The position numbers and the translations under genes are program-made. From an uncultured Armatimonadetes bacterium (lineage in GTDB: Bacteria; Armatimonadota; Hebobacteria; Hebobacterales; Hebobacteraceae), in assembly GCA_963716175.1 (NCBI GenBank), contig OY970296.1, positions 1,440,001 through 1,504,000 of the forward strand: a DNA stretch of 64,000 bases. Direction: 5' to 3'. Position 1 is the first letter of the stretch. Every line of letters starts with the position of its first letter. Positions 1 to 9,550 of the stretch are shown piece by piece. The notes beneath the pieces are model-generated. The model did no database searches and was not told where the DNA came from. It was given only the letters and a program-made list of their open reading frames with translations.

Positions 1-2
1 AT

Positions 3-896
3 ACCAGGATGGGTCCGATCGGCGATGAGCCGGGCGGCCTCGCCTACGGCCTGGATGCCAGCCACACCTGGCGCAATCCCAGGGGCGAGGACCAGATCTG
101 GGCGGTCGCTTACCAGTCCAGAGAGCGATCCGCCAGCACCGGCGGGGCCTACTCTGCCGGCGGCTACCATGACTGGGGCAGCGGGAACATCAACTACTAC
201 TGGCAGACCCGCTATGCGACCGATGATTTCAAGCCTTCCCTGGGCTACTATCCTGACATTGACAATGCCGGCGCAAGCTTCAGCACCTGGCGGTGGGACC
301 GCTGTCCCAGCGGGCCCATCGAGACGCGCTCCTGGAATGTGGACACCTCCTACTACAGATTCCTGGAGCAGGAGGGGATCTATGAGGCCCGCATCGCGCC
401 TGGTTACTACTGGGGGTGGCGGAATGGTCGCGCTTTCCGGCTTGGTTTCACTCGCGGTCGCCAGCTCAACTTCGACAGCTCGGACGTGAACGCTTACTAC
501 GCCTGGAACGAGAAGGACATGTACCGGCGCGGCAGCGTCAGCCTGCTGAAGGGCAAGCGGGCCGGAGGAGACTACTCCTACCTATCGGTGGACCAGGGAT
601 TCCGGGCAACCGGGCGGATGTCGCTGCGGTTGGGGGTCGAGTATGGGAGCCTGGTTGACGCGCCGGAGGACTCCGGCCGCTACTACCAGGGGGTGGTCAC
701 CTCCTCCTATGACATCACATCGGAGAAGACCGTCGCCGCCCGCCTGATCGCGCGCAACGCCGGGTTCAGCGCCTACGCCGCCTATCGCCAGGTGGTGCGG
801 CGGGGCGTGGACGCCTACGTCATCCTCGGCGACCCCGATCCGGAGCGCACCGGCTTCTCGCCGCGAATTGCCTTCAAGCTGATAAGGACGATGTAG
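3..896 (+). CDS. Outer-membrane beta-barrel-like protein, C-terminal part (DUF5916-like), 5' end outside window
   Basis: Frame open from window start; Tyr/Trp/Gly-rich alternating strands; 'DFKPSLGY' motif; C-terminal 'RIAFKLIRTM'. Confidence 0.55.
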   Translation, partial: TRMGPIGDEPGGLAYGLDASHTWRNPRGEDQIWAVAYQSRERSASTGGAYSAGGYHDWGSGNINYYWQTRYATDDFKPSLGYYPDIDNAGASFSTWRWDRCPSGPIETRSWNVDTSYYRFLEQEGIYEARIAPGYYWGWRNGRAFRLGFTRGRQLNFDSSDVNAYYAWNEKDMYRRGSVSLLKGKRAGGDYSYLSVDQGFRATGRMSLRLGVEYGSLVDAPEDSGRYYQGVVTSSYDITSEKTVAARLIARNAGFSAYAAYRQVVRRGVDAYVILGDPDPERTGFSPRIAFKLIRTM

Positions 897-1003
897 AGTC
901 TATCGCAAAACCCGTTGGGCAGGAGCTTGCTCCTGCCACCCTTGGTCGCGGGGCGCAAGGCTGCGCTCACACCCGAAGGGCGGGCGCTTTTGCGACAGAT
1001 TCT
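895..1003. mobile_element. MITE-like element with 16-bp imperfect terminal inverted repeats and an internal hairpin
   Basis: AGAGTCTATCGCAAAA (895-910) vs TTTTGCGACAGATTCT (988-1003), 14/16 complementary; internal GGCAGGAGC-TT-GCTCCTGCC (918-937). Confidence 0.5.
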
Positions 1004-1148
1004 GTAGGCCGACGGAGCCGTCTCTATGGGAGCCCTGTCCTCGGGGCGATCACGACAAGGAGCGATCCCACATCGCCCGCCGCGCCGCTGCTCCCGCGCC
1101 GCGGCTGCTGGCCTCACTAAGCACCCTCCGATGCGAAAGGCGGGGCCG

Positions 1149-1652
1149 CTACCTACCCAAAACGGTTACCAGAAGGTACAGCCAGGCGGCTGCTCCGAGC
1201 GCAACCAGGATTCGCCACGCCCAGGTTCCCCATGGCACGCGGCGTTGCGGTTGCGTGAGCTCGCTGTCCGGCGCCCCACGTACGACTGCAGCGCTCGCGG
1301 CCGGTATCACCACGAGCGATGTCAGCAACCAGCACAGCGGCCACAGGACCCATGTCACCCTTGTGGTGTCAATGTCGGCAGCTACTGTCAGCAGCAGGGT
1401 CCCGCCCATGCCCACCGCCGCGGCGGTCACCAAATCTGACCGCCTCCATGCCCGCGGGCGCCGCAGGATCGCGCAGACCGCCCCGCTCCCAGCGGCGAGC
1501 ATCCCCGCGACCGGGATTACAAGAAAGATCGCCTCGTGATTGGGACGAATGATCGATAGCTGCAGAGTCGTGAATGCGAACGCGACCACACCCGAAAGCA
1601 GAGCGGTCACGAACATGGCTCCAAGGCGCAGCAGGGTTCTGCCCACTCGCAT
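1149..1652 (-). CDS. Hypothetical membrane protein (about 5 TM helices)
   Basis: Hydrophobic segments; AAGGAGG RBS upstream of ATG 1652. Confidence 0.65.
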   Translation of the reverse strand: MRVGRTLLRLGAMFVTALLSGVVAFAFTTLQLSIIRPNHEAIFLVIPVAGMLAAGSGAVCAILRRPRAWRRSDLVTAAAVGMGGTLLLTVAADIDTTRVTWVLWPLCWLLTSLVVIPAASAAVVRGAPDSELTQPQRRVPWGTWAWRILVALGAAAWLYLLVTVLGR

Positions 1653-1698
1653 CGCCTGCCTCCTTCCCGGGAGAGACTGCAACCCCCGTGGATCACAC

Positions 1699-1744
1699 CT
1701 CGAATCTCAGGGGATAGCTCGGCAGTGGATCGCAAACCCCTCGG
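1699..1744. repeat. 46-bp dispersed repeat, copy 1 (copy 2 at 48426-48471)
   Basis: CTCGAATCTCAGGGGATAGCTCGGCAGTGGATC[G/T]CAAACCCCTCGG, 45/46 identical. Confidence 0.85.
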
Positions 1745-1823
1745 CCCCCTCTTCGTCACCGACCGCGATGCCCCCTGTATCCGCCCCTCAGCGACCAGGC
1801 CGGCCGACCGAAAGAGAACATCC

Positions 1824-2054
1824 TCACCTTGCGAGAAGCGCCCTGAACTCCTCGACGCTCAGGCCCGCGTCTCGGATCAGTCGCCGGAGAGTGCCGGCGT
1901 CAAGGTCCTTGGCCCGGGGAACCGTCAGCAGGAATCTACAGCCCCGCTTCTTCATCGTGACGTGAGAACTCTCTTGCCGTGCTACCACCCAGCCGTCTCG
2001 CGCGAAGGCCGCTATCGCCTGCCTTCCGGAGACCACCGGGAGTCTGGAGCGCAT
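1824..2054 (-). CDS. hicA: HicA-family mRNA interferase toxin
   Basis: 76 aa; 'LPVVSGRQAI..F.RDGW...RQESSHVTM...TVP..KDL..GTLRRLIRDAGLSVEEF'. Confidence 0.9.
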   Translation of the reverse strand: MRSRLPVVSGRQAIAAFARDGWVVARQESSHVTMKKRGCRFLLTVPRAKDLDAGTLRRLIRDAGLSVEEFRALLAR

Positions 2055-2131
2055 TTCATAACCTAGCCTGCTGGCTGGCCGCACCACGCCCTCGCATGAA
2101 ATGCGCCTGCCACGGCCTGACGTTGTGCAGT

Positions 2132-2170
2132 GCTGTTTCATAACCTCCCCTGGGGAGGTTATGAAACAGC
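2132..2170. repeat. Perfect 39-bp palindrome (19-bp arms, 1-nt centre)
   Basis: GCTGTTTCATAACCTCCCC-T-GGGGAGGTTATGAAACAGC. Confidence 0.9.
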
Positions 2171-2276
2171 TTCTAAGGAGCTTCGCCGAATGAAGTAACA
2201 CGGCGAAGCTCAAGAAGCGGCCCAGACAGGCACAGGGCGGTGTTCGCACATTACTTCGTTGTGCGAACATCATTAG

Positions 2277-2921
2277 TCACGCGCCTGCCGCCCTTAGACG
2301 CTTACGGCGCTCACCAGCTTCCTCTTCGGCCATCTCCTGCAACACAGAGAGGTAACTCGCGATCGCCTTTTTCAGATTGGCTTGCGCGTCCTCACGTGTT
2401 CGCCCCTGGGCGACGCAGCCGCGCAAGACGGGGCAGTACCCCACGAAGTATCCGCTCTCGCCAGGCTCCACCACCTCGGGTAGATCGTAATACGCCAGGT
2501 CCTGCGCTTTGGCCTTCGGCAGTTCCTTGCCCACCTCGCGCAGCGCATCTCCCATCGGAACCGTCAGCACCAACTGCCCCTCTGCCAGCACATCCACTAG
2601 CTTGCCGGGATTCGGCGAGAGATAGAAGATGCGCTTGCCGTCCGTGACCAGGGAGAGATCGGCCAGCGGCGCGGCTACTCTGGGCAGAGCTTTGCGCAGC
2701 CAACTCACCGCCCGGCGAATCTTCTGCAAAGAGACCCCAGCCTCGCGCAGCTCACTCATCACGCGCAACTGGACTACCTCGGTAGCTGACCAACCCCGCG
2801 CAGAACCGCTTCCCCGGGCTCCCTGTGTCGGCTTGATAACCATCTGCCTGACCCAGTAGTCCAACTGCCGGTAGGACACCCCAGCAAGCCGGCATGCCTC
2901 CTGCGATGTGTAGGTACGCAT
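2277..2921 (-). CDS. MerR-type HTH protein fused to a C-terminal HicB antitoxin domain
   Basis: N-term 'YTSQEACRLAGVSYRQLDYW'; C-term 'GYFVGYCPVLRGCVAQGRTREDAQANLKKAI'; GGAGGAGG RBS. Confidence 0.85.
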   Translation of the reverse strand: MRTYTSQEACRLAGVSYRQLDYWVRQMVIKPTQGARGSGSARGWSATEVVQLRVMSELREAGVSLQKIRRAVSWLRKALPRVAAPLADLSLVTDGKRIFYLSPNPGKLVDVLAEGQLVLTVPMGDALREVGKELPKAKAQDLAYYDLPEVVEPGESGYFVGYCPVLRGCVAQGRTREDAQANLKKAIASYLSVLQEMAEEEAGERRKRLRAAGA

Positions 2922-3082
2922 AGTCACCTCCTCCCAGTGCTTCCACTCCGTAATTACATCTCCGTAACTATAATACCTTCCATCAGATCTCCCCAATCAT
3001 GTACGGAAGCTGCCCTGCGGCTCTACCCCCCGCCTCTCTCGTCCAGTCCCCCGCCCCTCGCGCCAGTGGCCGGCGGCTCGCC

Positions 3083-3772
3083 TCACATCTTCCCCGCGTC
3101 CTTCAGGGAGACATACCTCCCGTTGCCGATGACGATGTGATCCAGCAGCGGGACCGACATCAGCTCGCCGGCCTGGCGCAGGCGCTGGGTGAGGACGATG
3201 TCCTCCTGGCTGGGGGTCGGGTCTCCGGTGGGGTGGTTGTGGCAGACGATCAAGGCAGCCGAGCCGTGAGCCAGCGCTTCCTTGAAGATCTCCCGGGGAC
3301 GGGCCGGGCTTCCCGAGAGGGTGCCGACAGAGATGGTCTCGACCCTGATCACCTGATTCCTGATGTCCAGGAAGATGGCCACCAGGCACTCCTGCTCGCG
3401 GTAGCGCAGCTCCTCCATCACCAGCCGGGCGGCGTCCGCGGCATTGGCCACCACCGGCCGGGGACCCTCGACGGAGGCGGCGAGGCGCTTGCCCAACTCG
3501 AAGGCGGCCTTCACCTGGGTTGCCTTGGCCAGCCCTATGCCGGGGAGGGCGGAAAGCTGGGGAATGCGCGCCCGGGCAATGCCCACCAGGCCGCCGAACT
3601 GGCTGAGCAGTCGCTCCGCCAGCCGCACCGCGGACTCTCCCCGCGAGCCCACGCGCAGCACGATCGCCAGCAGCTCCGCGGTGGAGAGCGCCTCCGGGCC
3701 ATACTGCTCCATGCGCTCCCTGGGCCGCTCTCCTACCGGCAAATCGCGAATCACCAGCCCGCGCTCGGTCAT
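3083..3772 (-). CDS. radC: RadC-family JAB domain protein
   Basis: 'ERPRER..GPEALST.ELLAI', HhH motif, 'HNHPTGDPTPSQED', 'LLDHIVIG'. Confidence 0.95.
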   Translation of the reverse strand: MTERGLVIRDLPVGERPRERMEQYGPEALSTAELLAIVLRVGSRGESAVRLAERLLSQFGGLVGIARARIPQLSALPGIGLAKATQVKAAFELGKRLAASVEGPRPVVANAADAARLVMEELRYREQECLVAIFLDIRNQVIRVETISVGTLSGSPARPREIFKEALAHGSAALIVCHNHPTGDPTPSQEDIVLTQRLRQAGELMSVPLLDHIVIGNGRYVSLKDAGKM

Positions 3773-3897
3773 GGGTCTCCCCCTCCTCCTGGGTTCAGGC
3801 TGCGTGCGCCGCGCCTGTGCTTCTCCTCGCGCCGGGCCCTACCTGCCTCTCGCTTGTTGGCTTCGGGCCGGTGTGCTAGAATGCTCCAGAGGGACGC

Positions 3898-4275
3898 GTG
3901 TTCGAGCTAACCGTTGACATCCCATTCTCGGCCGCGCATCAGATCTGCGGCCACCCCGGGCCCTGTCCGCGGCTGCACGGGCACAACTACCGCGCGGTGG
4001 TCACGGTCGCGGGGGAGCAGCTCGACGAGCTGGGGATGCTGATCGACTTCGCGGAGCTGAAGCAGATATGCGCGGAGGTGATCGCGCCCCTCGATCACAG
4101 CTACCTCAACGAGCTAGCCGCGTTCGCGGAGGTGAACCCCACGGCGGAGGCCCTGGCTCGCCATATCGCCTCCGGCCTGGCGCCCAGGCTGGCGGCGCGC
4201 TCTGGGGCCGGGGTGCGGGTGTTGCAGGTGACGGTATTCGAATCGGATCGCGCGTTTGCCACCTACCGAGGCTGA
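3898..4275 (+). CDS. queD: 6-carboxy-5,6,7,8-tetrahydropterin synthase
   Basis: 'FSAAH..C.RLHGHNY', 'DF..LK', 'LDHSYLNE', 'PTAE'; extended -10 TGCTAGAAT upstream. Confidence 0.95.
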   Translation: MFELTVDIPFSAAHQICGHPGPCPRLHGHNYRAVVTVAGEQLDELGMLIDFAELKQICAEVIAPLDHSYLNELAAFAEVNPTAEALARHIASGLAPRLAARSGAGVRVLQVTVFESDRAFATYRG

Positions 4276-4279
4276 AGGC

Positions 4280-4972
4280 ATGGCTGCCATCGTGCTACTG
4301 AGCGGGGGTCTGGACTCGACCGTCAACCTCAAGCAAGCCAGGGATGAGGATGGGGTCGCGCTCGCGCTCACCTTCGATTACGGCCAGCGGGCGGCGGCGC
4401 GGGAGGCGGCGTGCGCGCGCTTCATGTGTCAGCAGCTCCAGGTGCCGTTTCGCCTGCTGCAACTCCCCTGGTTGGCCGATATCTGCGCCACTGCTCTGGT
4501 GAACCGTCGGGTGAGCGTGGTGGAGGTGAGGCCGGAACAGCTCGACCAGCCGGCCGTCACTAGCGGGGAGACGGCGCGGGCGGTGTGGGTGCCCAACCGC
4601 AATGGGGTTTTCGCGAATATCGGAGCCGCATTTGCGGAGAGCCTGAGCGCGGACAGCGTCGTAGCCGGGTTCAATGCCGAGGAAGCGATGACTTTCCCGG
4701 ACAACAGCCCCAGCTTCGTGGCCGCGACGAACGCCTGTCTGCGGCTGTCCACCCGCACTGGAGTGCGGCTGCTGAGCTACACGCAGCACCTGGAGAAAGC
4801 CGACATCGTCCGCCTGGGCCGGCGGATAGGGGCTCCTATCCCCTCCATCTGGAGCTGCTACCTGGGGCAAGCCGAGCATTGCGGGCGCTGCGAGTCCTGC
4901 GCCCGGCTGGAGCGGGCATTGCGCCAGGCCGGCGCCTGGGAGTGGTTCCACAGCCAGCGTTGGCTGCCCTGA
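4280..4972 (+). CDS. queC: 7-cyano-7-deazaguanine synthase
   Basis: 'LLSGGLDST', 'FDYGQR', 'VPNRN', 'FPD', 'WSCY..HCGRCESC'. Confidence 0.95.
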   Translation: MAAIVLLSGGLDSTVNLKQARDEDGVALALTFDYGQRAAAREAACARFMCQQLQVPFRLLQLPWLADICATALVNRRVSVVEVRPEQLDQPAVTSGETARAVWVPNRNGVFANIGAAFAESLSADSVVAGFNAEEAMTFPDNSPSFVAATNACLRLSTRTGVRLLSYTQHLEKADIVRLGRRIGAPIPSIWSCYLGQAEHCGRCESCARLERALRQAGAWEWFHSQRWLP

Positions 4973-5098
4973 AGGGCCGGCTGCCCCCGGGCCAAGATAA
5001 GTCCCGGCCCCAGTGCCCAACAGAGCGCACAACCTGCATAGCGCGGTTCCCAGAGCCGGGACTTGTCGGCTGGAAGTGATGGCGACTAGACCTGAGGT

Positions 5099-6031
5099 CT
5101 AGATCAGCCGGTACGGATCCTGCAACGTAGTTTCACTGCGTGCTACGCGATTCCTGCTGAAGGGTATTGGCTCGGGAACCTGGGACGGCTCCGTGCTCAG
5201 CGCGGCTGCCTGGCCAAGCTGGTAGAGACGGCGGCCGAGTTGGTCGGCGGCGGCTCGCAGCAAGGGCAGCCAGCGCCGGATGTTCCGCTCTGTGAACCTG
5301 GCCAGCGGCACTGCCAGGCCCAGGCCTGCCACCACTTTGCCGCTGGCGTTCACCACCGGGACAGCCAGCCCGCAGGCGCCCAGCAGGCCTTCCTGGCGAG
5401 ACAGAGCATAGCCCTGTCTCCTCACCTGCGCCAGCTCCTCTCTCAGCCGCTGCGGGGAGGTGATAGTGTGCGGCGTGGCCGCGGGCAGCCCCTGGCCCAT
5501 CCAGGCCTCCAGTTCGGCCGGGGGAAGGCCGGCGAGGTAGCATTTCCCGGCGGCCACCGCGTGCATGGGCAGAGAGGGCGAGACCCGCGGGTCTACCTGC
5601 ACCGGGTGCCCGGAGAGCGCGGTCGCCACCAATGGCGTCTCTCGCCGGAAGATATCGGGAATGCCCAGCCCAGCGGTCTCGCCGCTGGCCTGGGCCAGTT
5701 GGCGCAGTATCTCCTGCACCTGCTGCGGCTGCGACCGGAGGTGGTCGAGCCGGAAGGCGGCCGCTAGCCACGACATGGGCTCCCAGCGGTAGCGATCATT
5801 GGCTGCTTCTCTGGCCACCATTCCGCTCGCGACCAGGGTGCGGAGCAGCCGCAGCACGGTGGTCTTGTGCAGCCCCAGCTCCCTGCTCAGGTCGGACAGT
5901 TGCCTGCCCTCCGGTGCGACGAGAAGCGACCCCAGGATGCGAACTGCCCGCTCCACGGAGCGCACCAGAGGCATCTTGACATCGCCCGCGCCCACTACCC
6001 GCCCGCCTGCGTTCCCGCTCGCTGCTGGCAT
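5099..6031 (-). CDS. IclR-family transcriptional regulator
   Basis: 'SVERAVRIL..LSRELGLHKTTVLRLL.TL'; effector domain 'AAGKCYLA..TPHTITS..VRRQGYA'. Confidence 0.92.
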   Translation of the reverse strand: MPAASGNAGGRVVGAGDVKMPLVRSVERAVRILGSLLVAPEGRQLSDLSRELGLHKTTVLRLLRTLVASGMVAREAANDRYRWEPMSWLAAAFRLDHLRSQPQQVQEILRQLAQASGETAGLGIPDIFRRETPLVATALSGHPVQVDPRVSPSLPMHAVAAGKCYLAGLPPAELEAWMGQGLPAATPHTITSPQRLREELAQVRRQGYALSRQEGLLGACGLAVPVVNASGKVVAGLGLAVPLARFTERNIRRWLPLLRAAADQLGRRLYQLGQAAALSTEPSQVPEPIPFSRNRVARSETTLQDPYRLI

Positions 6032-6200
6032 CTGTGGTCCCCTCCCGAATTTGCAATGGCGTTTCGTGATTCGGCACGGCCGCTCTCCTCCCTCTTGGGG
6101 CGTGCTGCTGGTGCCAGCGCAGGCTCCGGCCCTTGACCGGCGCCCATGGGCCCTCTATCATGGCCCCGCAGCTCCCGATATTGCCTGCCAAGGTGGGTTC

Positions 6201-9200
6201 ATGACCTCCCGCTGCCTGCTCGCTCTCGCCCTGCTGCTGGGGCTGGCCTCTCCGCGGCCGCGCAGAGAGGCCCAGTCACGGTCGCCGATATCCGCCAGGC
6301 CTCGCCAGCCGAGCAACTGCTGGCCGTCAGTCTCCAGGGCCTGGCGAACCGGCATCCGGAGGGGCCTCAGGTCTTCCTGCTCGCCAACCCGCGCGACGAG
6401 GAGTGGCTCCAGTACTGCCTGCGGCTCTCGCCCGGCCCCACGGAATCGGTCACCGTCGAGCAGCTCTTCCAGCGCCTGCGGCCCGAGCTGAAAGGGCAGA
6501 TCCGGTACGATCCGGCGCAGCCCTATACCATCGATATCGCCACCACCGCGGCCGGGCTGCAGCAGGCGGTGATGGCGGCGGATGATCTTGGCCTGCCCAC
6601 GTTGCTGGATCTGCGGGGCCGGTGGCAGTCGGCCTCCGAGGCCTACGCCTGGGCCGCCTCCGCACTGCTTCCCAAGTGCAACCAGAATCACGCCGCGCTG
6701 CTGCCGGGCCAGGCGGTGGCAATGCGTGACTTCGCCATCCAGGAGCGGATGTTCACTTTCGGCGCACCCGCCTCCCCGGATGACCTGGGCTTCCAGGACA
6801 TCCTGCTGCATCTGGCCCCGGGGGCCGCGATCTACGGGGAGGCTTCGCCTGAGCTGGGCGCGGCGATCAGCAGCAACTCCCATTTTGTGGTGCCGGCGGC
6901 GCAGGCGGCCAATCTCTCGTTCTTGTCCCGCCTCGACCGGGGCCGGCCCTTCTACCAGTACTTCGCCTATGTCGAGCCCACCGCGACGCGCTATCTCACC
7001 CTGATCTTCGACTGCTCCGACCTGAGTTTCGCCGTCAACGATATGCCTCTGATCTGGGAGCGGTTCACCCGCGGCACGCTGCCCCTGGGATGGGCCCTCC
7101 CTGGGGCACTGGCGGAGGCCGCCCCCCCGGTGCTGCACCGCTACTATGGCGATGGCTATCGCTCCGGGATTGACGGGTTTGCGTTGGGCCCCAGCGGGGC
7201 CGGCGAGATGGAGGTCGCGGCTGCCGGCGCGCCCTTCGCCTTCTTCCAGGCCACCGCCCGCGCGGTGGGGACTCTGGACGCTCACACCGCGCTCTTGGCG
7301 CCGCCGGCCGCCTTCGAAGAACTGGGCCCGACCATCACCCGTTTCGCCAGTGAGACCGGGGTGCGAGGGGTGTTCGTGCTCTCCCCACCTGACTTCGAGC
7401 CACTGCTCTATGGCGGCGTTCCGGCGGTGGCCGCGCCCCGGGTGGACAGCGTGGCGGCCGCAGTCTCTTATCTGGACCGCATTCCGCTGGAGCGGCGGTT
7501 TGCCGCGCTGGTGCTGAACCCGCGATGGCTGACGCCGGCCGATGCCGTCCACATTGCAGCTCATGTGGCACGCCGTTTCGCGGTGGTTCCGCCGGAGCAA
7601 CTCGTGGACTTGGTGCGCGTGACGGCTGAGGCCTTGGATTCAGGTGCGTCGCAGGTGGCGGTCACCGCGTTGAGCTACCCGGAGCGGCTGGACCCGAGCC
7701 TGCCGGCCCCGGTGAAGGCGGTGATCCAGGGGCCGGGCGGCGTGGCCTCTGCCGACCTGCTCTACCGCGCCGCAACCTCCCTGGTCTCCTGCTACCAGGT
7801 GATGCTAGCGGGAGAAGACGGCTATCGGGCGGAGCTTCCTCCCCTGCTGTGCGGAGGTGAAATCGGGCTCAGCATCCACACCATTGACGGTGCGGGCCGG
7901 ACTTCCTGGTCACCCGCCGTGAGCATCCAGGTCCCGCGGGCGGATGCCGATGGCGATGGGCTGAGCGACGCCGAGGAGGGCTTCCTGCTCACAGACTCCA
8001 AGGTCGCTGACACCGACGGAGACGGCCTCTTGGATGGGGCCGACCCGGCCCCGCTGCGGCCCGACCGCATCACGGTGACCTACCTGGGGCCGGTGAATCC
8101 GCCCAGCGACCTTCCCTATCTGCCTGATGTCGGCGGGAGCAGCGCCGACCTGGAGGGCCGGCATCTGCAGGCCGGCCAGGGCTGCCTCTACTGGCTCCCA
8201 CTGGCCCAGCTCCCACCAGGAGCCCCCGCGGTGGCAGGGCTGGAGGCTTGGGGTCCGGCCCAGGTGGCCTTCTCCGCTGATGGCGTCGCCTTCTCCGATC
8301 AGTTCAGCGGCGACCTGGCAGGTATCTGGTATAGCGGGGCTCTGTCCGGCGCCTATCCCGGGGGACTCTTTGTGCGCATCACCTGCCCGTCCGGGGCCTC
8401 CCGCGAGCTGCTGATTCATGGGCTAGGCGTCTTCTCGCCGCCGGACGCTCCCTCCATCTGGGCGATCGGGTGCTATCCCCTCCACCCGGGGCCCGAGCAG
8501 GAGATGCTCATCTCCGCCACCATCTTCAGCCCGAAGCAGATTGCCGGGGCCTCGCTCGCCTACCGGGTCAACGCAGGCGGCGAGATCACCATTCCCATGC
8601 TGGCAATCGGTAAGTCTCAGCGCTACCAGGCGCGCCTCCCGGCGCTCGAGAACCGCGACCAATTGGAGTGGTGGGTCAGCGCCCGGGACGGCGAAGGCGA
8701 AGCAGTGGCCACCACGCCCGTGTCTCTGTCCATCGGGGCGCGGGCGCGGGAGACCATCTCGCTGCTGGCCGGGCGGGAGTTCGTCGGCGATTGGTCCTCC
8801 GGCAGCGACTGGGAGGGGGCCGGGCGTGTCGCCCCGGAGGCCGGCCTGCGGGATTCCGCGGCCGTCCATCTCACCGGAGGGCTCTACGCCGTGTGGGTGC
8901 TGGCCGGGGGGCGCGGGCAGGGGATCGGCGTCTACGTGGACGATGGCAGGGCGGGCGGCATTGACCCGGAGAGGCCGGACGGATGGCAGCAGGCGGGCAG
9001 AGTGCGGCTGGAGGCAGGCCGCTATCACGTGCACGTGGTTTCGGAGGCTGGCCCCCGGGCCCCGGCCGGGGCCCAGCCCCGCTATGCGGAGGTGGTGCTG
9101 ACGGCCGACACCTCCTTCCGACCTCCAGTGAATCGGATGGTGGATGTCTACAACTCTCTGGTGCTGCTCGCGCCTCGCCCGGAGGAGACGCTCAGCGGTC

Positions 9201-9415
9201 GAGTGGAGCTGCGGGCCACGGGCGCGGGCAACCTGACCGCAGTCGAGTTCTCGCTGGACGGCCAGCTCCTGCGCCGGGTCAGCGGGCCCCCGTTCCTGTT
9301 CTCCCTGAACACGGAGCGAGTGGCCAATGGCTCCCACCAACTCAAGGTGCAGGCCGTGGATCGCGCCGGGAGCGCCGGGCTCAGTCTGGAGATCCCGGTG
9401 ATGGTGGCGAACTGA
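6201..9415 (+). CDS. Large secreted GxGYxYP-like glycoside-hydrolase-fold protein with Ca-binding DxDGDG repeats and a C-terminal Ig-like domain; frameshift near 6250
   Basis: 'SLQGLANR..PQVFL', 'AANLSFLS', 'PLGWALP', 'GPSGAG'; DADGDGLSD and DTDGDGLLD; signal peptide MTSRCLLALALLLGLA lies in a different frame from the main ORF. Confidence 0.7.
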
Positions 9416-9454
9416 GGCCCACGTCTGGCTCCGCACCCCCGGTGCCACCACCGA

Positions 9455-9466
9455 TTGTGGAATAAC
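9455..9466 (+). promoter_or_regulatory. TTGTGGAATAAC motif, copy 1 of 3
   Basis: Identical 12-mer at 9455, 11375 and 14649, each upstream of a signalling gene. Confidence 0.6.
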
Positions 9467-9550
9467 CCCGACAGCGCGGATCGGCGGGCGCGCGCCTCCC
9501 TTGGCCTGGAGCCAGTGGTGGCGCCTTTGGGCGGGCGGCATACAACTCAG

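Noticed and set aside
3898-4972. queD/queC as a 7-deazaguanine DNA-modification (dpd) system
   Set aside because: No dpdA or tgt-like gene nearby; the context looks like housekeeping queuosine synthesis
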